Shown here one piece after another: positions 42,000 to 53,102 of a stretch of DNA of 64,000 bases. Below the pieces are notes generated by a model. The model was not told the origin of the DNA, did no database searches, and worked only from the letters and a program-made list of their open reading frames with translations. A program made the position numbers and the translations under genes. The stretch is from Gnetum montanum (taxonomy: Eukaryota > Plantae > Gnetophyta). How positions within the stretch are numbered: the first letter of the stretch is position 1; the number at the start of each line of letters is the position of its first letter. The stretch lies in the NCBI GenBank assembly GCA_015680685.1, contig MNCI01001065.1, positions 683,728 to 747,727 on the forward strand. The letters are read 5' to 3'.

Positions 42000-44300
42000 T
42001 CATATTTTTCAAAATCTCCTTGGAAAAGAGAGCATTTGAACATGAGGTAAAGAAGCTATGTTTTAGCCTTTCTTCCATCCCTAAAGACCAAAAGGAAGGT
42101 ATAAGAGGAGTTAGATTCCCTAATTAACCTGATTTTAGCAAAGAAAGACAAAGAAGGGAACAAAGACTGTTTAAGTTCTTTTTCTAACTTCTTTGGTTTA
42201 AACCTCAATGAAATAGGATAGGAAGGGCAAGATACCTAGGAGAGTGAAAGAAAAAAACTTCCAAAAATGAAGATCCCTCCTCCACCTCTTACTAAAATCA
42301 GTCCTTCACTAAGAAAACTAATTTTGAGCAACTGAGAGGTTTACAAATTGATAAATGAAGTGACAAGCTTCAAACTCTCCACATCAAATTGTAAGTTTAT
42401 TTTGAGATTACATCAAAATATTATACACGACTTTGCAAATATTATAAATAACTTAATCCATTATTGTCTTTTCTAGAGATGAAAAAGAAAATTTGGGCTT
42501 TTATTAAGGACAAGCAATTGATGCTAGAGGATTTGGCTAAGAATATGAAGAGAAAGCTAAACTTGATCTTTCTAGGAGAAGGTGGGTAGACTTAACATTA
42601 TTACAAGAATAATGCTCATGTTAGTAGTAGAAAATATAACACTCTTCATTTGTCATGTAGAAATAAAAGGTAAGCTAAATAAGGATAAGATAACATTCCA
42701 TGATCATGATACTAAAATATGCCAAGGACATGAGGGTGTTTTCCATTGAGCAAGCCAACACAAGTTCCATATGCCTAGATTCAGTAAAGAAAATGTGCAA
42801 GAAAGAAGAAGAGAATGAGAGAGAAATAAAGATGTTTTATAATCAAGTAAAGCTCCTAGAAGCTCAAATGACAAGCAGCAACATAGTTAGATGTAACTAT
42901 CCTTTTCATGTATATGTGAGAAAGAACAATAAAGCTATGGAATTTTAGAGGACTCTAATCAAGTGTAAAAGATCAGTGTTAACCTTGATGCAATCCATGA
43001 CTAGTTTAAGAAATTCTATGGTAACATGGAAGAGTTGGGGCAAAAAGCATCAAACTAATAACTGATGGTATAATAGAGAATACCACAAGTTGATAAAGTA
43101 AAATAAAGTCAATTTGTAGATAGGGAAATAAGGAATCTCTTTGTTAAGTAGACCAATTTAGAGGAATTATTTGAATATTTTACCAATAGTATGGTGATTA
43201 CCACATTAGAAGAACAACAACAAGGTCCCTAGGAGGAACCTACAAAAGAAGGGGATGATGATGATATCATCCTAGAAGGTCAAAAGAGCTATGAAGAAGA
43301 ATGGACTAGCATTCTATTGAAGCTTCTAAGTTCAACATTTAATGCATTGGATATAGCTAAATTTATCTTGGAGGAGATAGAAGAAAGAATTTTAGAGATG
43401 TCTAGAGAAATACATTGTAAGTATAGAGATTTAGAAAGTTAGTTTATTTTATTTTATGAAATAACAAAATAAAATTTTGTATTTGTTGTGGCTTTTTGAG
43501 TAGATCCTAGAGAAAGTAGCTACGAGTTGACAGTGGAACCAACTCCTATGCAGATTGATGAAGAGGAGGAAGCTACTAGGAATGATAAATAAGGCTATTA
43601 AAGCTTTGTGAGCATTAGTTCTATGTGTCATTTGTGTTTGATGGAGAAAGATATTCTTTGTAAAATTTCAAGCATAGATGATATTGTAGAAATAAATGCA
43701 ACATTAAATGTTATGATGTGCATGAATTGTAAAGTTTACAAAGAGATAATAAAGTTGGATCATTTTGATTAACCAATTATTATGTGTTATTAAGGTCATG
43801 AAAATGATGTAATATATTGACATTAAGTAACCACTTATTGCTTTGGCATTATCTACTAATAATAATAAGTAATAAATAATAATAATAATAAAGTGATAAA
43901 GTTTCAATGTAGAGTTTTTAATATCATTCCTAATAAGTGTTAGTAGATGTCCACCATTTAGAAGAAATGCAACAAGATTAAGCATCTAATACAAAAAGCA
44001 AGTGTAAACAAAATTTGTGACCAACATATAATGTTAAATGTTATGACACACACTAGCTATAATAATTTCATATTCATCTACCATGTCATTTCTTAATAAT
44101 ATTAAATGATAAAGATGAAAGGAAAAAAATTGAATGTCTAACAAGTACTAGTAGATGTCTACTGCCTAACAAAAGTGGCAAATAAGACTAACAAAATATT
44201 TCAAAGCTCATGCATCTAATGTCATTATGTTAGTGATGAAATTTTGAGTGATTGAGTGAGAAGGATAAGAGGAAGCTTTTTCTTAGGGGGGATATGTCAG
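42000..44300 (+). mobile_element. Possible old 3' fragment of another LTR element (purine-rich ORF remnant, PPT)
   Basis: E/K-rich broken frames at ~42460-43420; AGGGGGGA-TA-TGTC at 44285-44298 looks like a PPT/LTR start. Confidence 0.35.
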
Positions 44301-44899
44301 GTTCTACAAAGCCTGAGTTAATGAATCTCATATCAAAGATAGATTCATCATTTAGGTCTATTAAGACTTTGATATTGGCAGAGTCCTTAGAAGGAGAGTC
44401 AAACTAATGAATGATATAAAACTCCCTAAGTGAAAAATTATGAGCCTTACGTTTTGGATTAAAAGCTAAAATAGTGCTTCCAACTCCCAAGGGATTTTGA
44501 AACACCTCTAGCTACTGATTATTAGAATGCATAGTGGATGGTTTAGTCCCCACTACTATCTTGTCCTTATCTATGAGATCTTGAATGTCATCTTTCAAGT
44601 TTCTACAATTATTTGTATCATGACTAATAGTCTCATGATAATAGAAGTACTTTTGGTGGTCATATTACTTAGGAATCTTAGGGTTACCTTCTTGTTTCTA
44701 AGAATGATATATTGATATAAGCTGAATGTAGCAGTAATGCACTCTTGCTTGATCAGAAACTTACTTCCTCTTAAGGTGACCATCCCTAAGAAGAGTATTA
44801 AGAAGTAAAGAGCACTTTTTTGTATCTTAGTGTATCAATCTTTATTTCTTTAAGGTCTACATTATTGAGTTGATGTAAAAGTAGTTGAGGGAGTGTTGT

Positions 44900-45480
44900 T
44901 TTGTTCCATAGAAAAAGAAGAAATAGCAAGAGATTTTGGTTGTTTTTTCTCTTATTTCATAGCCTTATTAGCTTTGTTATGGATTGATAGGAATCCTTGG
45001 TCACCATGTTGAATAATAGCTTTTTTAATGCATCTATCAATTAGAAAGGCATCATGTAGAGAATGAGAATTCAAATAAGTCATCCTCTTCTAAATGTAGT
45101 CAATAACTATAATTTCAAAAATTTCTTATAGATAACACTCCTTCAAATGATATGGAAGTTTAATTGATATTGTTGTCCATTGAGAAATAAACTTGTCAAT
45201 GGGTTTATTTGGAGCTTATTTGGTTATTACAAATGAAATAACACTTATGATTTGAGAAACATTGAACTTAAAGTATTCAATAAAAGATGATAGCATTTAT
45301 TCTAAATAGGTAATAGAACCATGAGGCAAGGATCTATACCACTTCAAAGCTCCTCTCGAATGAGAGTTAGAAAAGCATCTTAACATTATGTGTGGGTAAG
45401 GGGCAAGAAGCATCTTAGCATCTTAGCACCAAAAGGATGTTGCAATATGAATCATCATAATTTCAGATTCTTCACAATCC
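44900..45480 (-). pseudogene. Decayed retrotransposon gag fragment
   Basis: Minus strand at ~45375-45310 reads FSNSHSRGALKWYRSLPHGSIT, resembling the Retrotrans_gag motif at 17240-17310. Confidence 0.55.
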
Positions 45481-45995
45481 TAGATATAAATGAGCCAAGC
45501 AACATTGAAACAATATAACATATATTAAAGTGAAAATTCCATATCTTTTGCCTAAAGTACATAAACTTATTTAGAGTGCTACATTTTATTGAATAAATAG
45601 CATATCTACTTGTCTTTTTTTAAATTCTTCTTAGAGATCTTATGTATCTCTCTCCTTTATTTGTATGCTTATAGTCCTAAAAACATATATTCAAACATCA
45701 TTGATAAATGAATAAACAATTATTTTGAATTTTATGTATTTTAGTAGGTTTGTTGAAGCTTATTATTAATCAAAGTAAACCTAATTATATCTTAGATGGT
45801 ATGAAATTTTAATTTTTAGGATTGGCATTATAAATATGCAAAGAAATGTCATTTGAAAAATGGGATTTACATTTTGAACTTGAACTCATGAAGGATATGA
45901 AGAAATATCATAAGAATAGCATAACGCATTGGTATCTAGTGGAGGAAAAACATAAACAAAACATACAACTCAGAGTGAACGCAGCAACAGGAGTG

Positions 45996-47408
45996 ATGAA
46001 CGCAGCAACAAGAGTGACGGCAAGGGCGAAGGTTGCGACGGCTGGTGGGGAGGCAGGAACGGAGGCAGGGGCGAAGGCTGCAACGGCTGGTGAGGAGGCA
46101 GGAACGGAGGCAGGGGTGACGGCAGGACTGGAAATGATAGGGGGGGCGGGGCAGACGGAGGGAGACTTGGGGGAATGCTGCAGAGATGGAACAACGTGGA
46201 GGATTAAAGTATGTAGACCAGCCGCTGACACACTCGCCAGATTGGAACGTAGCCTGATCGGCAAATTCGTGTCAGAAGGAGCACGACCCCGCCTCGACCT
46301 GATCCGCCGCTGGGCCCGAAATACATGGGGGCTAGACTCGGTGAAGGTTACCTCCCTGGCGGACGACCGCCTCCTCTTCTGTTTTGCGTCTAAGGAGGAG
46401 CGTGAACAAATCCTGGTGGGGGGCCCTTGGTTCTACGGGGCACACGGACTGGCGCTGGCGGCCTGGCGCCCCGGAGCTCACAGAGACCTGGGCCTGTTTG
46501 AGCGTGCACCGGTGTGGTTTCGGCTGTATGGCCTTCCCCTCAAATACTGGTCACCAGTGTTCCTGCGGTCGTTGGCTGATCTGTTCGGCGAGTTCATCAG
46601 GTTTGATCACAACACAGAAGCTATGGACCATCTGGGATTCGTTCGGTTCTGCGTCTGGCGACCTCTCCTACCGAAGGAGCCTGTTGAGGCGCTGGTTCTC
46701 ATCATGGACCATGCCGAAGAGCGGATCCGCATTCTGGTTGAAAACCAGCCATTGCCCCAGAGCCGGCAGAGGGATGCGCGGGCAGGGGGTGACCTGGGTC
46801 ACCCAGAAGACCCCAAGGTCGCTCCAGAGGACGGGTGGAGGTTGGTTGGCAGAAAGGGCCGCGCTGTTAACAGAAAACCATCGGCCCCCAGAACAGGGGC
46901 CCAACGCCCGCGAAAGGGACCCTCTGTGCAGGGAGAGATCTCGAAGCCCAGCAGGGGGCAGCTTACTAGGCCGGGGGGGCTGGTGGAGACGGCAACACGG
47001 ACCGCGGTCGCAGAGCCAGGAAAGTCCTATATGCACGCTCTGGTTGGGGAAACTCTGAATTCCGCCGATGGCCAAACGACGCACACGCCGACAGAGACAG
47101 AATAGTGGGAAGGACCCCACGGAACGCACAGGACACCTAGGTCGAAGGGGGCAGGCCCTTCCCATAGCGGACTGTCTCCGCCACCGGTCACGGACTGGAT
47201 AAATACCAGTCGGGGTTCGGCAAGGCCCAGCTCCCCTCCCGCTGCGAAGGGGAGCCTGCAAAATCAAGGAATGACAGTGGCCCCTCTCCCTGCAAAGGCT
47301 GGACGTCCTGACTCCCACGCCCGTCGACATAAGGTTACACAGCTCTTCGTTGATCTGGGCATCCAGCCCACGCTCCAGGAGGTATTCCAGCGCTCTTGTT
47401 CTCCATGA
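45996..47408 (+). pseudogene. LINE ORF1 (DUF4283/RRM-type), one premature TAG at 47103; true start uncertain
   Basis: LIGKF..IRRWARNTW..GGPWF..APVWFRLYGLPLKYW. The frame stays open after the TAG until TGA at 47406-47408. Confidence 0.85.
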
Positions 47409-50400
47409 AAGTCCTCTCCTGGAACTGCAGGGGCCAGGGTACCCCGTACAAATGCCATACCCTGCGTTGCTTAGTGCGAGATGAGAAGTGTGACATTATT
47501 TGCCTGCAGGAAACAAAACTCCAGCAGTAGGAGGCTCAGACGCTCCTTTGGCCCGGGTGGCACAGCCACCTGGTGCCCAGCAGGGGACGTGCGGGCGGCC
47601 TCGCGGTCCTCACCCAGATGGACTCGTACGTGTTAGATTTGTCTGATTGGTGCATTACGGTTCACCTACCCGGCCCAGACGTGTGGGTGACAAATGTCTA
47701 CGGAGCACAAGAGTGGCAGGCTCGCCTCCATGAGCTCTCGCGGGTCGCGGGGTTGGTTCCCAACAAAGCCAACTGGCTGCTGATCGGCGATTTCAACCAG
47801 CGACTTTTCAGCTGGGAAAAGACCGGTGCTAATTTGGCGGACCCTCTTGGGGCACCCGAAATGCTCACGCTGCTGCAACAGTCAGGCTTGACGGACATGG
47901 AAATCGCCAGCTGCATGTAGACCTGGAGCAACCGCAGGCAGGGCACCACGAGGGTCCAGTCCCGTATTGACCGGGTGTGGGCCAGCCGAAAAATTCTAAA
48001 TGATTGGGGTATTCACGTTTATGGGGGTGCTCGCATGGCCTCAGATCACCGGCCCATTTTCTGCCAGCTGGAGAGGGGCGATTTCCAGCGCCCCCCCCNN
48101 NNNNNNNNNNNNNNNNNNNNNNNNNNNNNNNNNNNNNNNNNNNNNNNNNNNNNNNNNNNNNNNNNNNNNNTGGCGAAACTACAACGCCTCGGTGGACCCA
48201 CATGAATTTTTGAAGAATGGGTTGAAAAAACTAAAAATGCAAATTAAAAAAATCGGCTCTGCACAGAAATACAGTTTCAGAACCGGCCGCAGCCAGATCC
48301 AGAATAAATTGCAAAATATTCAGGCGATGCAGGAGCACGGGGCAGACCACGCTGGGGAGGAACTCGCCTTGCAGGCCGAGCTGCAGCTTCTGCACCTTGA
48401 GGAAGAGGAGTACTGGCGCCAACGGGGCCGTGTGCAGTGGCTCCAGGCGGGGGATCGGCATACTAAATTCTTCTTTTCTGCAGCAAAGGAGCACCGCGGC
48501 GCCCGCCATGGCTCGTTGCAACGCCTTTTACAGGGCGATCTGCACTCCGGCGCCAACAACATCCTGAACTACTGGCAGCAGGTCTGGGAGTGGCAGCCAA
48601 CGGAACCGATTTCGGCTCCTGCAAAATACTTGACCAAACGGATAATTTCCGGCTCCTGCAACCTTTTTCACGCCAGGAACTCCATGATGCGCTCCAAAAC
48701 ATGCCGGCTGACAAGGCGCCTGGTCCCGATGGCTGGCCCATTGAGCTGTTCCAGGTTTTCGAGGGCATTCTCGGGACTAACCTGCTGGACGCTTTCAACC
48801 ACATGCTGGCATGGCTTCAGATCCGCAGAGAGATTAATTGCTCACGTGTGGTTTTGCTGCCAAAAACAGAAAATCCCACTTCCCCTGGCCATTTCCGCCC
48901 CATTGGCGTCTGTAACTGCCTGCTGCGGCTGTTTTCTTGCCTGCTCGTGGCCAGGCTGCGTCCTCTCATGACGCGCCTCGTGGGTACACAACAGGCTGCC
49001 TTTCTGAAAGGGCGTCATCTCCAGGATCAGGTTCTCCTGCTCCAAGAAATTCAGCACTCCCTACGTGCGGCCAGATTACCAGGCCTTTACATCAAGTTGG
49101 ACATCGCTAAGGCCTACGATTCCGTCAGTTGGGCCACCCTGCGATCTGTGCTGCACGCTAAAGGCTTTGACAGAGCCTTTATTGACCTCTGCCTGCAGAT
49201 CCAACAAAGGGGGCGGTATTCTTTGGACATTGATGGGTAGTTATGGGGCTTCCATCGAACTGGGCGCGGGCTTCGCCAGGGAGACCGTCTCTCGCCCCTG
49301 CTCTTTCTGATGCTGATGGACCTCCTGCACATGTATTGCAGGGAGGAAGTGGTCCAGGGGTTAAACGTTTACGGCATCCCGTGCATTTCGGGTGGTACCG
49401 CAGGCCAAGGCAATCCTGAAGGCGCTAGATCGGATGCGCTAGGAGGTGGGCCTGGCACCCAACCCCGAAAAATCAGCCCTCTACTTTACCCACACGCATC
49501 CGTTGGTCCGCAGCAAGGTTATTCAAATCCTTGGAATTCTTCCGGGGGGGGCAGCTGACAAATATCTGGGCATTCCTATGCACAACTGGCAGCGACAGCA
49601 AACCTGGCAACCGCTTATTGAGAGAATCCAGAAACGCGTCGCGCGCTGGACAAACAATTTCCTGTCCCGCAAAGGTAAGATGGTGCTGGCGTCCGTGGTC
49701 TTAGGGGCCATGGTCAGGTTTGTTGCCTCTGTGGCCTCCCCGCCCTTGGGTGTCGCCACTAAGATTGACCAGATAATTCGCGATTTTGTTTGGTCTGGGG
49801 AAAAGGGGGAAAGCGGATGCACCTGGTTGCCTGGATGAAAATCGCTCGGCCCCGATCTGCAGGGGGGATCGGCCTCCTTCCCTTCACCCTTGAGGTGTCC
49901 CTCGGGCGTCATAGGCTCCTTCAGCGCCTGTATATCGAAAACGAGGATCCCTCCCTTTGGGCGCAAGTTATGAGAAGGAAATACAGGCCCTGGACGTCCG
50001 TCAATTCCGACTCCCACATTTGGCAGCAGCTCTGCGGGCACGCCAGATCGCTGGGCAATGCTGAAGTGCTCTCTCTCCACCCACGGCAGCTACTGCAGAA
50101 GTGGTTTCCAGCCGATCCGCGCTGGATGAAACTGTGGAGGGGCATCCTCCCGGAGAAAATAAAAGCCTTCGGGTGGCTGATCCTTCATCAGGCCCTCCCT
50201 GTTCACGTCGTCCTGCAGTCTCGAGGGCTGGATATCAATACCCAGTGCCCTCTGTGTCACCAGCAGGCAGAAACTTTGAAGCACTTCGTGCACGATTGCC
50301 CGTGACCACGCAAGTGTGGCGAATGGCCGGACTTCATACCCCTGAATTCTCCGGGAATTCGGCTACGCTGGCGGCCCTCTGAATCCTATGGCGGGCCAGG

Positions 50401-50786
50401 AATGATCACATTTTCAAGGGAGCGTCTCTCCCTTCCTGAGCGTCCTCTCTAACAGGATATGCAAGTTTTGGCAGGAAATCACCTCCGCTATGGTGCCGCT
50501 ACAATCGCAAACACAGCGGGTCTTGGAGAGACTGCGGTCTAGGACCACCCCCCACGTCGTGAACCAGAGCCCGATGCCCCAAGGGCCGAATCTGGAGGAG
50601 GAGAGGCACGAGCAACAAGGGGGGGTCACTGTTGTTCCAGGGGAACAAAGCCCGAGCTTTCCCGCGCGGGATTGGATGGAGAGCATCCCCAACAAGCGAA
50701 CGACCGGCATCGCCCAAATAATTGCAGAAAACCGGCGCCGCCGCGCTGCCGGACCCGACCAAACCAGCACTGGCAGCGGTATCTAA
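47405..50786 (+). pseudogene. LINE ORF2 (APE endonuclease, RT, zf-RVT), disrupted
   Basis: MKVLSWNCRG, LQETK, GDFN, SDHRP, KAPGPDG, FRPI, KLDIAKAYDSV, GLRQGD.LSP, YLGIP, CPLC..ETLKHF..C; stops and frameshifts. Confidence 0.92.
48099..48170. other. Assembly gap (72 N)
   Basis: Run of N directly after a C8 tract inside LINE ORF2. Confidence 0.99.
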
Positions 50787-53102
50787 TTCTCCGGCCGCTG
50801 CTGACGCGGGTTGACAGGGCGCCCGGGGTGAGGTTTCCTTGCTGCGGCTTGTTTTTCTGGTCCTTGGTGGGTGGATCGTCTTTGGGTGGTCGTGTGTCCT
50901 TGACGGGAATTTCTTGACGGGAATTTCCTGACCTGGCGTGGGGCCAGCGGCCCTGGCCCGAGCTGTACCATGTACCGCTTCTTTTTTTGATATGAAAATT
51001 CGCCCGACCTTTCTTAAAAAAAAAAAAAGAGAGATTTTCAAAATAAGCTATGGAGCATGGTTATTATTAAAAGAAATTATTCTAAAGGTAAGTGCTATGG
51101 AAGCAACTCATGGATTTATTTTTATTACAACATAAATAAAAGTAGTTTTATTGCACAAGTTAGGTATCACTTACCTTGAATTGGAAAAAAAGAACAAATT
51201 GTGGTATGTAAAAGAATGTCAAAATTTGAAGGAGAAAACCTTGTAAGATAGTTCAAACATTTTGAAAAGATGCATGTAAATAAAATCATGTGCATACAAA
51301 TGCTAATCATTTAGTATCAAACACTAGTATAGAGAAAATGTTTGATGTTTCAAATAGAAAAATGGGAATGCAATCATAGGAAGACTTTTTTATGCTTATG
51401 GCATACCTTTTAACATTGCTAAATCTCCTTATTGGAAATAAGTTGTACAAATGATAAATTTTGCTCCAAAGGGTTATGTTTTACCTAGTTATGAAAAGAT
51501 TAGAATAACTTTGTTAAGTGACGAAAAATCTTGAATGGAAGAAAATTTAAGATACATAAAGGGTTGTTTGTCTACAATAGGTATGTTTATTTTATCAGAT
51601 AGATGGAGAAATATCAATAATAAACCACTTACTAATATTCTTGCATCATATTTAAAAAGTATTATATTTATAAAGTTACATGATACCTAGGAAAATGTTA
51701 CAAATGTTGCATATTTAATGGAATTATTTCATGCGGTGATAAATATTATGGGTAAAGATAATATTCTGTAGATTATCACAGATAGTGCTTCAAATAATAT
51801 GTTGGTAAGAAAAATGATAGAGGATGAATTTTCAAGTATATTTTGGACTCCTTGTGTAACACATTACTTGAATTTATTACTTAAAGATATTATTGTAGAT
51901 GTTTAATAGATATCAGAAGTTATAAATAATGCTAAAAAAGTTCAATAGTTTATTATGAACCATTCATTTATAGTTTATTGTAGAATTTTTAATGAAATTT
52001 TATTTATTTTGATTAAATATTCTAGAACCTTTTTATGTATTAAAGGTATTAATTTAGAAAACTTTATTAGCATAGATACGTAGTAGACTAAGTAGACTTA
52101 GTACTTAAAGGCTTAAGATATAGTTCATGTCAATTCAAACATCAAGTTATTATCTTAGTCTTCTCCAACTTACAAATCAAGTCCTCATCAAATGTGGGAC
52201 TATGAAGGATCTATAGATGATAGACATGATGAGTTTCCTATAGAAGTTTTAGATTCTAATTTTGAGAAAGTGTTTGATAGTGCTAAAAATAAAAAGCACT
52301 TTTAAAAAATTGAGTATTAAGCTATTTTCATCATTAAGTAGCATACAATACATGAAATGCTATGAAGTTATTTTGTGATCTTTGTTAAAACTCTTATCAA
52401 TATTAAATAACATACAATATATGACCTTTTATAAAGTTACTCTATGATAGGTTAATAAGTGATCTCCTTTTTTCCCGGGTTAAATATAGCTCCACATTTT
52501 CTGATCAAAAATTAACATCATTAGAATAATGTGTTATATATGTTATTATGCAAATATCTTTCCTTTATTATGATAGAAAGCTTTGCATCTAATAAAATTT
52601 ATTATTAAAATTTCACTTATATTATTCCTAATTTATATAACATATTATTTTTAAATGGTTTCTTGTACGCAACCTTTCACCTTGCCATTTTCGTCACATT
52701 GTAGGTGCAAATGCTACCTCATTACCTATTTTTGTTAACTATGATTAATATTTAAAAATAAAAAAATAGACTCCTTTGATTTTTTTAAAAAATATTTCAA
52801 CGTCGTTTATGAAGTTGAAGTAGACAGAAATTTTGTTAAGTGCATCGAGTATAACAACTTAATAAAACGTTGGAACTTTTCGCACTGACTTCTATTTAAA
52901 ACTTTGAAATTTTCAGATTCAAAAATGAACTCGCAACACTAAAGCAAATACGCTCTGTAATGTAAAGTAATAAACTTGCTTGTAGTATTATTTTATCAAC
53001 TTCTTACCCAAACGCCAAAAGCCAGGGAATTGATAATTTGCACATAAAAGTGCATAACCTCTTTAATGCTCAGTTTTATAAAAAAAATACATTTACCAGA
53101 TA

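Larger units (their letters stand above)
45976..51028 (+). mobile_element. L1-clade LINE, near full length
   Basis: Abrupt switch to GC-rich sequence; ORF1 and ORF2; 13-nt poly(A) at 51016-51028; only a weak AGAG TSD candidate. Confidence 0.93.
45600..52743 (+). mobile_element. Decayed hAT DNA transposon (DUF659-type transposase), interrupted by a LINE; boundaries uncertain
   Basis: 51376-51890 reads IGRLFYAYGIPFNIAKSPYW, LPSYEKIR, ILSDRWRNINNKPLTNIL, ITDSASN, IFWTPCVTHYLNLLLKDI. Possible right TIR ...TTGTTAACTATG at 52743; no left TIR found, and the left flank is assigned by inference. Confidence 0.7.

Noticed and set aside
45846-45975. ORF-track start for the 419-aa ORF
   Set aside because: The first ~43 codons lie in AT-rich flank outside the LINE; a chance in-frame extension.
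46049-46125. EAGTEAG peptide present in both the LINE 5' repeats and NLR exon 1
   Set aside because: Low-complexity, different codons and no flanking similarity; most likely coincidence.
46384-51041. Many long alternative-frame and antisense ORFs within the LINE
   Set aside because: Expected shadows in GC-rich coding DNA; no motifs.
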